Virus record (IMG/VR): IMGVR_UViG_3300036783_000080
Location: 64,001-128,000 of that record
DNA: 64,000 bases
Origin: a virus
Taxonomy: Duplodnaviria > Caudoviricetes
Direction: 5' to 3' (one strand)
Positions 56,779 through 64,000 of the stretch are shown piece after piece (positions within the stretch are counted from its first letter, which is position 1; every line of letters begins with the position of its first letter). The notes below the pieces were generated by a model. It was not told the origin of the DNA and searched no databases. It worked only from the letters and a program-made list of their open reading frames with translations. Both the position numbers and the translations under genes were made by a program.

Positions 56779-57510
56779 TTAGTTCTGAGCTACAGGAGAT
56801 TGGATACCAGCTTTCTTCAGAGCGTCAATAACCCACATACGGTTAATCTTTTCATCAGCAGTGACAGTCCAAGTTAAATTGTTTTGTAAAGCTAACGCTT
56901 CCAAATCTTTATATGGAATATTTCTCCAAGAAGACTTTTCAATCTTTGGTCGTTTTTGACCTGGGAAATATTTTTCTCTCATCGCCATTGATGCTCTCAT
57001 ACGGTTGATACCCTTATGACTGTGCTCGTTCCAAGTTACGCCTAAAGACTGAGCTAGTTCAATTACTTCTTCACCAGACATCCCTTTCATAACTTCGATG
57101 AACTCTTCCATATCAGAGAAATCAAATTCACCAGCTACTTCTTCAGCTTCTTCCTCAGAAGACTCTTCTTTCTCTTCAGTTTCAGAAGGCTCTTCAACTT
57201 CCTCTTCTTCTGATTCAGGAGCTTCTTCAACTTCTTGCTCCTCTTCCTCTTCAGAAGTTTCTGGTTCAACAACCGCTTCTTTAACTTCAGCCGCTGGTGT
57301 TTCAACTTTCTCTTCCGCTTTTACTTCAACTTCAGCTTGTACTTCGTTTCCTTCTTTAAGAAGTTCTTGGAACTCAGCTTCAGTCATTTCTTTAAGACCT
57401 AATTTTTCAAAGTCTTTACGGAAGACACGACTTTTACCTACATGTGCAGCAACCTTTAACATACTTGAGAAAGCTTTCTTTTCTTCTACTAATACAAAAA
57501 CGTTTTTCAT
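56779..57510 (-). CDS. Glu-rich protein with two C-terminal HeH-like repeats
   Basis: acidic centre; two ...W......INRM...A[ML][RK] repeats. Confidence 0.7.
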   Translation of the reverse strand: MKNVFVLVEEKKAFSSMLKVAAHVGKSRVFRKDFEKLGLKEMTEAEFQELLKEGNEVQAEVEVKAEEKVETPAAEVKEAVVEPETSEEEEEQEVEEAPESEEEEVEEPSETEEKEESSEEEAEEVAGEFDFSDMEEFIEVMKGMSGEEVIELAQSLGVTWNEHSHKGINRMRASMAMREKYFPGQKRPKIEKSSWRNIPYKDLEALALQNNLTWTVTADEKINRMWVIDALKKAGIQSPVAQN

Positions 57511-57704
57511 TTTAACCGCTCCTTTTTCTACTTGGTTAGTGTTTTTGAGGCTTATTACTATCTTTCCTTAAGCTCAACTTTATTATACTTTAATTCAAAA
57601 ACGTTTACAAGCTTTATTTTTGAAAGGTTTTCAGTTGGCTGTTGGGACTTATGTAACTCATCCTCTACAATTCATATCATACTACCAGTACGAAAATGAG
57701 TCAA
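57511..57704 (-). promoter_or_regulatory. tandem sigmaA-type promoters plus conserved leader
   Basis: TTGACT-17-TATGAT (57676-57704), TTGTAA-17-TATAAT (57582-57610), CACTAACCAAGTAGAAAAAGGAGCG. Confidence 0.8.
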
Positions 57705-57774
57705 GCCTATTTTTGAAACTTTTTCCAATAATCAAAAAGAAAAGAGACCATTTCTGGTCTCTGTGTTGTTACTA

Positions 57775-58758
57775 TCATACTTCTGGAACATCATCAAAAT
57801 TAAAATCTTTATCAGTTATTTCCGTTACGTTAGTAGTTTTCACATAACTATCTCCCTTTACAGAGAAGAAATCATGATTTGTACTACTTATATCAAGTCC
57901 AGCTAGGACAATTGGATTCACATCTTCTTCTCCAAACGCTGGGTCTTTTCCTAGATTCATAAGAGCTTTATTCCCGTTGTAGCGTGTAAATTTCTTTACA
58001 TCTTCAACTAAACCAATCTCAGAATAAATCTCTTCTATATATTTGACTTCAATTTCATATAGCTCGTCAAATAAAGTCGCCGCTTCTCTATCCGCTCGAA
58101 TCATTTCGTCAGTAGAGAATGTATCATAGATGTTTTGAGCTAACAGTCCAACGAACACTCCATGAATACTTTCATCACGGATAATCAAACGGATAATTTC
58201 ACCGCTTGCTTTTAGTTTACCTTGTCCTGATAAGAATAATGGATAATAGAATCCAGAATAGAATAAGAAGGATTCAAGATAAACACTGGCAGTCATAGCC
58301 ATATAAAGTTCATACGGGCTTACATCAGGTTTCAATAACTTTCTATAATAAGAAGTAACCAAATTGGCTTTCTTCGTTAATAGAGGATGTTTATCAACCC
58401 ATTCGAAAATTTCTTCAATCTCTTTTTCTGAAGCTAACGTTGTGAAGATATGTGAATAACTCTTCGCATGAACTTCTTCCATAGCTCCCATAAACATCAG
58501 AACAGATTTTGCTTGAAGAGCAGCTAAATGAACTGCTATCAGTGGCATACCTTCGCCACCTTGTTTTGTATCAAGTAATGTTAAGCCGCCTAATACTTTC
58601 TTATATGTTTCTTGTTCAGCAGGAGATAACTCATTCCAAGTGTTTTTATCTGCTGATACAGCAATTTCTTCTTCCGTCCAGAATTGTTCAATGTTTTGTT
58701 TCCAGAACATTAAACTGAATTCATCTTCCTTTGTGTTCCAGTTAACAGCTTTTGCCAT
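57775..58758 (-). CDS. nrdF: class Ib ribonucleotide reductase beta subunit
   Basis: KAVNWN, GLTLLDT, EEVHAKSYS, ESFLFYSGF, RDESIHG. Confidence 0.95.
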   Translation of the reverse strand: MAKAVNWNTKEDEFSLMFWKQNIEQFWTEEEIAVSADKNTWNELSPAEQETYKKVLGGLTLLDTKQGGEGMPLIAVHLAALQAKSVLMFMGAMEEVHAKSYSHIFTTLASEKEIEEIFEWVDKHPLLTKKANLVTSYYRKLLKPDVSPYELYMAMTASVYLESFLFYSGFYYPLFLSGQGKLKASGEIIRLIIRDESIHGVFVGLLAQNIYDTFSTDEMIRADREAATLFDELYEIEVKYIEEIYSEIGLVEDVKKFTRYNGNKALMNLGKDPAFGEEDVNPIVLAGLDISSTNHDFFSVKGDSYVKTTNVTEITDKDFNFDDVPEV

Positions 58759-58775
58759 CTTTTATCCCTCCCAGA

Positions 58776-60860
58776 TTATACCGCACAAGAAATACATTCT
58801 TCAACGCTCAGTTTGTTTGTACGTGTGTAATAAAGGCTCTTAAGACCTTTATCATGTGCATAGATGTAATAACGAGCTAAATCACTAGTTGATACGTCAG
58901 AGTTAACGAATAGTGTACAACTAATACCTTGGTCAATATGCTGCTGAATCGTAGCTACTAACTGGATAAGCTTAAATTTGTCAATGTTATAAGCTGTTTT
59001 GTAGTACCAGTAAGTGTCTTTCGATAAGTACGGCATAGGGAAATATGCTTCACTGTTTGCGTAGCTTCTACGCTCAACTAGTTGTGTGATAGGCATTACA
59101 GAAGCTGTCGCATTTTGTACATATGAAATTGAACCTGTAGGTGCGATTGCTAAACGATATGCGTTATATAATCCGTGTTTCTGAACCAATGACATAAGAT
59201 TCTTCCAATCTTCTTCCGTTGGAATGTCAATTCCTTCAAACAAAGATTTAACCTTGTCTGTTTTTGGTTTGAAATCTTGAGTGATATACTTTTCAAAGTA
59301 CGTTCCATCAGCATAGTCACTCTGTTCAAATCCTTTGAACGCTCCTTTTTCCTTCGCTAGTAAGTTACTGTAAGCAATAGAATAGAAGTTAATCATCATA
59401 AAGAATGTATTAACAAAGTCCTTCGCTTCTTTAGATTCATAAGAAATGTAGTTCTTCGCTAAATATCCGTGTAAGTTTAATGCTCCCAATCCTACTGAAT
59501 GTAACTCGTCATTCGCTTTCTTAACGCCAGGAGCATTCGCAACGCTTGTTAAGTCAGATACAGCAGTAACAGCTTCCATACCAGCATAAACTGCTTCTTT
59601 AATACGTCTGCTTTCCATAACGTTAACAATGTTTAATGAACCAAGATTACAACTGATATCACGTTTGATAATATCTTCTGTACCATAGTCATTAATGATT
59701 GAAGCTTCCTGTAATTGGAAGATTTCAGTACATAAGTTTGACATTTTAACTTGTCCAAGATTCTTTAACGGATGTTGTTTGTTTGCATTCGATTTAAACA
59801 TGAAATAAGGGTAGCCAGAACTTAACTGAAGGAATGCAATTTTATTTAACATCTCACGAGCGTCAAGAGGTCGTTTCTGAACATCTGGGTCAGCGACAAG
59901 CTCATCATACTTCACGTCAATGTCCATATCATCTAAATGTACTCCATACTTTTTGAATACAGAACGCGGTTTGAACACATAATATGGTTTGTTGTCTTTA
60001 GCTAGTTCAAAGAACTTACTTGGAGCAATTACACCAATAGATAACGATTGAATACGAGTCTTTTCATCTGCGTTAATTTTCTTTGTTTCAAGGAACTCAA
60101 CAATGTCCCAATGGAATAGATTCAGATACGCCGCACCAGCACCTTTACGTTGTCCAAGTTGGTTTACATAGCTGAAACAATCTTCAAGAAGTTTCATAAC
60201 AGGTAACACACCACTTGCAGCATTCTCAATACCTTTGATTGGTTCTCTTCGTGCACGTAGTTTGGAAAGGTTTAATGCTACACCGCCGCCGATTTTAGAT
60301 AGTTGTCCAGCAGTTGACCAGTTGTAGTTGATACTGTTCAAACTATCTTCCATTTCAAGAAGGAAACAAGATACCATCTCACCACGTCTGCTTCTTCCCG
60401 CATTTAGGAATGTGGGTGTCGCAGGCTGATAGTTCTGAATCATCATCTCTGTAACTATCTCTTTCGCTTTTTCAATATTGCCTCTCCCAAGATATAAGGC
60501 TGTTGCAGTTGCTCTGTCTTCGTAATGTTCAAGATATTGTCTCTTGTCGTTTGTTTTCATCGCATAATCTGTAAAGAACTTTGAAATGGCCATAAAGCTT
60601 TGGAACTCAAAATTGAAGCTCTTCGCATACTCAAATAGCTCCAACACTGCTTCCTTTCCATACTGTTCGAAAAAGTCAACATAGTAATCGTTTTCAATCA
60701 ACCAAGTCAGCTTTTGTTCTAGCGTGTCGAATTCTTTTGTCTCCTGTGCGATTTTCTCCTTGAAGTCTTCTACTGCCTTTTTGTCATAATCCAACGCAGT
60801 GAAGTCCAGAGTGTCTTTAAACTCATTGAACATTTTCGTGTTATTTTCTAGATATCTCAT
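58776..60860 (-). CDS. nrdE: class Ib ribonucleotide reductase alpha subunit
   Basis: QPATPTFLNAG, SCFLL, SNLCTEI, APTGSIS, KSLYY, C-terminal CISC. Confidence 0.95.
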   Translation of the reverse strand: MRYLENNTKMFNEFKDTLDFTALDYDKKAVEDFKEKIAQETKEFDTLEQKLTWLIENDYYVDFFEQYGKEAVLELFEYAKSFNFEFQSFMAISKFFTDYAMKTNDKRQYLEHYEDRATATALYLGRGNIEKAKEIVTEMMIQNYQPATPTFLNAGRSRRGEMVSCFLLEMEDSLNSINYNWSTAGQLSKIGGGVALNLSKLRARREPIKGIENAASGVLPVMKLLEDCFSYVNQLGQRKGAGAAYLNLFHWDIVEFLETKKINADEKTRIQSLSIGVIAPSKFFELAKDNKPYYVFKPRSVFKKYGVHLDDMDIDVKYDELVADPDVQKRPLDAREMLNKIAFLQLSSGYPYFMFKSNANKQHPLKNLGQVKMSNLCTEIFQLQEASIINDYGTEDIIKRDISCNLGSLNIVNVMESRRIKEAVYAGMEAVTAVSDLTSVANAPGVKKANDELHSVGLGALNLHGYLAKNYISYESKEAKDFVNTFFMMINFYSIAYSNLLAKEKGAFKGFEQSDYADGTYFEKYITQDFKPKTDKVKSLFEGIDIPTEEDWKNLMSLVQKHGLYNAYRLAIAPTGSISYVQNATASVMPITQLVERRSYANSEAYFPMPYLSKDTYWYYKTAYNIDKFKLIQLVATIQQHIDQGISCTLFVNSDVSTSDLARYYIYAHDKGLKSLYYTRTNKLSVEECISCAV

Positions 60861-61288
60861 AACAACTCAACCCTTTCCATAAAAGTCTGTCTGTCTTTTG
60901 TTGTCCCAGAAAGCTCAAATTTATGAATCATTGGAACACGATGCTCTTTAGTGGAGCAAATATCAGAAATCGTGTCAGCGGCTCTTCCAAATAGTCTTCC
61001 CCAGTTACGATTCCCAGATGAAGCTACACCCAAAAGCAACTCACGATGTTCATTCTTTGATAAAAAATTAGATACTTCTTCTGGAACTTGTCCCATTTTG
61101 GTTGTGTAAGTTACAAGAATATACGGTTTATCAATGTATTCAATCGTAGTCAAATCAACAGCTTCCAACTGTTTATCTGGATACTCTCTAAGCAACTTGT
61201 TCATAAACCGTTTTACATTTCCTGTCTTACTACTAAACAAAATTAGCACAACCATCATTCCCTTTCCATCAGAGTTTCCGTAATACAT
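60857..61288 (-). CDS. nrdI: RNR flavodoxin NrdI
   Basis: SSKTGNVKRF, SGNRNWG, KFELSGT; start probably near 61258. Confidence 0.92.
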   Translation of the reverse strand: MYYGNSDGKGMMVVLILFSSKTGNVKRFMNKLLREYPDKQLEAVDLTTIEYIDKPYILVTYTTKMGQVPEEVSNFLSKNEHRELLLGVASSGNRNWGRLFGRAADTISDICSTKEHRVPMIHKFELSGTTKDRQTFMERVELL

Positions 61289-61378
61289 AATATACTTTTT
61301 CCGAATGATTCTTTATATCTCCGTATTCAATAATAAGGTGTGCAGGAAACAGTATCATCCCACACACCTTATCACCTT

Positions 61379-61963
61379 TTAAGCAATATTGTCAAGAATC
61401 GTTTGTTTCGGAACATTTAATAATTCATCAAAGAATCCCACAACAACACGGTGTAAAACATTGTCGATTGTGAAAGATGTTATGAAATAATTTTTCTCCA
61501 GAGTTGGAAACTTCTTCCATAAAGAATATTCCATCATGTAAAACTCTGGTGAACGATTTTTGGAGAATATGAGTAATGGATGTTTTGTAACATCATTCAA
61601 ACGTTCTCTATCAGTAACTGCTTGCAGCCACCAACTTGTAACTTCTCCTGTCCCTTTAATTAACTGCTCAAAGTTCCATCCCTCTCGTTTCTTACATTCG
61701 ATTGTGAATGGAAAGTCAGAGCCTTCAGGAGCTACGATATCACCAACCACTCGGTTATCTTCACCCCATCGTAAGCCACCAGAAGCTGGCACCCTGTGAA
61801 ACTCTTCACCCCACCAAGCAGTTAGCTCCTTTGCGACTTTACGTTCAAAGGATGAGCCTTTTGCTCGACTATTCTTGCGTTTCTTTGGCTTCTCCTGATT
61901 CTGTTCCTTCTTCGTCATTTGAATCACCCTTTGCTTGAGCTTGTCTTGAAGCGATTTCAGCAA
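61379..61963 (-). CDS. Holliday junction resolvase (Hjc-like PD-(D/E)xK)
   Basis: SRAKGSSFERKVA, SGG, GDI, IECK; start probably MTKKEQ. Confidence 0.8.
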   Translation of the reverse strand: MLKSLQDKLKQRVIQMTKKEQNQEKPKKRKNSRAKGSSFERKVAKELTAWWGEEFHRVPASGGLRWGEDNRVVGDIVAPEGSDFPFTIECKKREGWNFEQLIKGTGEVTSWWLQAVTDRERLNDVTKHPLLIFSKNRSPEFYMMEYSLWKKFPTLEKNYFITSFTIDNVLHRVVVGFFDELLNVPKQTILDNIA

Positions 61964-62345
61964 ACTTCTGCTGATACTCTTCTTCAGTGAAAATTCCTTT
62001 GTCTACTAAAATTTCCACTAAAGCCATGTTTGCTATTATATTCGTGCTAACTGGCTCACGTAAGGCTTCAAATACTTGTTCAGAAGATTGGCGTGATAAT
62101 GTTTCCACTAAGCCTTTTGCTTCTTTACGAGTTACCATACCATTCCAGAACTTCTCTTCTTTCGCACGTTGCTTCTCAGCTTGTTTCTGTTTCAACTTCT
62201 CCTCTTTACGAGTTTTCTTTTCATCTACAACTTCCGCTTCAAGCGTTGGTGGATGCTCAGCTAAATTCTCCACATGTTTCTGCATGTCTGACACCATTTC
62301 TTCTGTTAATTGTCCATTATTTGTTTTCATTGATTGTTCCTCCAA
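61869..62345 (-). CDS. hypothetical protein
   Basis: helical ORF, GGAGG RBS near 62330. Confidence 0.7.
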   Translation of the reverse strand: MEEQSMKTNNGQLTEEMVSDMQKHVENLAEHPPTLEAEVVDEKKTRKEEKLKQKQAEKQRAKEEKFWNGMVTRKEAKGLVETLSRQSSEQVFEALREPVSTNIIANMALVEILVDKGIFTEEEYQQKFAEIASRQAQAKGDSNDEEGTESGEAKETQE

Positions 62346-62616
62346 TTAATGTGAATTCTCTTCCTAAATCTTCATTGTTATGTCCGTAACTTACACCCAA
62401 GATTCTAATTCCAGGAGAATGTTTATGAACACAATCTTCACTGCGGTATGTGCGTTTGTAATACAGAAGTTTACCTTCCATATTTTCGATTGGATTGATA
62501 ATAAGCTCTGGTTTGTTCCAACCTTCCATTTCAATAGCAACGCATACAAATGTCGCTCCTGCTTCTCTAGCACGATTGAATGTATCTTCTACAACTTGCA
62601 TATTAAATTCTCCCAT
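62317..62616 (-). CDS. hypothetical phage protein
   Basis: GGAGGAGG RBS. Confidence 0.7.
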   Translation of the reverse strand: MGEFNMQVVEDTFNRAREAGATFVCVAIEMEGWNKPELIINPIENMEGKLLYYKRTYRSEDCVHKHSPGIRILGVSYGHNNEDLGREFTLIGGTINENK

Positions 62617-63206
62617 TATTCAATTCCTCCTCCAGTTGAGTTGAATCCGTCAAACATACGGTCTGTCTTTCCAGCAGCTTCCATAAATTCATCAAGAGAC
62701 TGATGTTTCTTTGTGCTAACTTTCGTGTAACGTTTAATGATAAGTTGAGCAATTTGCTGTCCGTTTTTAATAACAACAGGCTCTGTATTCAAGTTAATCA
62801 ACGCAAGACGAATGTTTCCACGGAATGGACTGTCAATTGTTCGGCATAATAAGTCCAGTTTTGCTTTAGAAGTGCCGCTGCGTGTATCAACCATAGCATA
62901 GTGTCCGTTAGGAATTGCGATGTGAAGTCCAGTTTTAACTGTTAACGCTTCACCTGGTTGTAATGTATATGAACCATCTTCAGACCATTCTCCATCATTT
63001 AAACGAGCATCAAAGATTGGTACATTCAGTCCAGCATCTCCATCCTTACTATATTCAAGAGCAAAGTCCTCAAGCTCACAGAAGTAAGGCATATTTGGGT
63101 TTCCAGTAATTTGCTGTTGTAAGTGAGTAATTTCTGTTTGTAAATCTCCTACCGTTTTTTGAACATAGTCTTTAATTTCTGGTGTTAACATATTATCTCT
63201 CCTCAA
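62616..63206 (-). CDS. dut: trimeric dUTPase
   Basis: DAGL, RSG, TIDSPFRGNI, IAQLI, R...GFNSTG. Confidence 0.9.
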   Translation of the reverse strand: MRRDNMLTPEIKDYVQKTVGDLQTEITHLQQQITGNPNMPYFCELEDFALEYSKDGDAGLNVPIFDARLNDGEWSEDGSYTLQPGEALTVKTGLHIAIPNGHYAMVDTRSGTSKAKLDLLCRTIDSPFRGNIRLALINLNTEPVVIKNGQQIAQLIIKRYTKVSTKKHQSLDEFMEAAGKTDRMFDGFNSTGGGIE

Positions 63207-64000
63207 TCAAATAGTTTATATTTTAATGCAGTGAATTTATCAAATTTCTCTGCATCTCTTAACGCTTGTGCACATCCCTTTCTTCCGACTTCGTTTGGGT
63301 CGCCGCCTTTTAAGTTACAAAGGTAAGTAGGAATGTGTTTACTCAGTAACAGTCCCATCTTTATTGCGTCTTCCAAAGCATCTGGGTCAAGCATTATATA
63401 AGCCGCTTCCAAATCTGCTTTGATAAGTTGCATAAGTTGTTTCACTGCTAATGTCTTTCCAAACAAGCCAACTCCAAAGTCTCCCACAGTCGATGCATCA
63501 AAGATACCTTCTGTTAGGACAACAACTCCGTGTTTCTTTGCGTTATTTAAATTGAATATAACGTCTGACTTGTTAATAGTGTTTACGCCGCTTGGAGGGT
63601 TGATTGACTTTGGTTTGAGCTTCTTGCTTATCGCTCTAGCATTCCAGTAAACTGGGTTGTTAGTGTCATCAAACGCTTGCATTATGAGTCGATTTCGCAA
63701 GAATGTAGTTTTATCTTCAGAAAGTTTTATTTCACCTTCTGGACAAAATCCTACACCGTGAAGCTCAATCTGTTTATCTGTCAATCTTCGCTTCCTAGCG
63801 TATTTATAAAATTTATCAGCCATTACTGACTGGGTGTTATGAAGTAGTTTAAAATCTTTAGGTAAAGGAATTGGACGTTTTTCAACTTCGTAGTCCTCCA
63901 GATAAATCTGGTCGAACACTTCATCATACACGTTTTCTGGTAATGGTCTGAAGTCCTGATAGAAGTTAACAACATCAAGAGCTTCATTCCACGTTATCTT
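63203..64000 (-). CDS. DNA primase (TOPRIM), 5'-truncated by the window edge
   Basis: VVLTEGIFDA, MLDPDA, DPNE; frame stays open to 64000. Confidence 0.85.
   Translation of the reverse strand, partial: KITWNEALDVVNFYQDFRPLPENVYDEVFDQIYLEDYEVEKRPIPLPKDFKLLHNTQSVMADKFYKYARKRRLTDKQIELHGVGFCPEGEIKLSEDKTTFLRNRLIMQAFDDTNNPVYWNARAISKKLKPKSINPPSGVNTINKSDVIFNLNNAKKHGVVVLTEGIFDASTVGDFGVGLFGKTLAVKQLMQLIKADLEAAYIMLDPDALEDAIKMGLLLSKHIPTYLCNLKGGDPNEVGRKGCAQALRDAEKFDKFTALKYKLFD

Noticed and set aside
1-64000. tRNA or rRNA genes
   Set aside because: No cloverleaf or rRNA-like sequence recognised in the intergenic gaps

Overview
This window is 64 kb of a large, AT-rich, apparently lytic phage of Bacillus or a close relative. 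The gene set resembles the hydroxymethyluracil-using SPO1/SP10-type phages; this is inferred from gene content, with no database search. Positions 0.6-12.1 kb hold mostly + strand early/host-takeover cassettes driven by a repeated sigmaA promoter-leader module, plus a DUF4127-SLH protein and an oppositely oriented beta-helix spike. Positions 12.2-29.9 kb are a dense - strand accessory array: small membrane proteins, stand-alone WYL, Tad2/DUF2829-like, stand-alone ClpX zinc finger, HAD phosphatase, SAM-fold protein, dCMP deaminase and a nucleotidyltransferase. Positions 30-34 kb carry an operon of small membrane proteins and a VirD4/HerA-like ATPase, a candidate sRNA and sporulation-sigma-like promoters. 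Positions 34.4-64 kb are the replication and nucleotide module: two sigma-like genes, ligase, 5'-3' exonuclease, RecA, SSB, UvsY-like, a family A DNA polymerase split by a 950-nt group I intron with an HNH gene in P1, HU/TF1, nrdIEF, Holliday junction resolvase, dUTPase and primase. It includes a thymine-hypermodification cluster (dUMP hydroxymethylase, 5-hmU DNA kinase, P-loop kinase, Nmad1). The most unusual element is an 872-aa protein in that cluster, which fuses a rewired thymidylate-synthase paralog to a radical-SAM-like barrel lacking its cluster motif. All functional calls come from motif recognition by eye.
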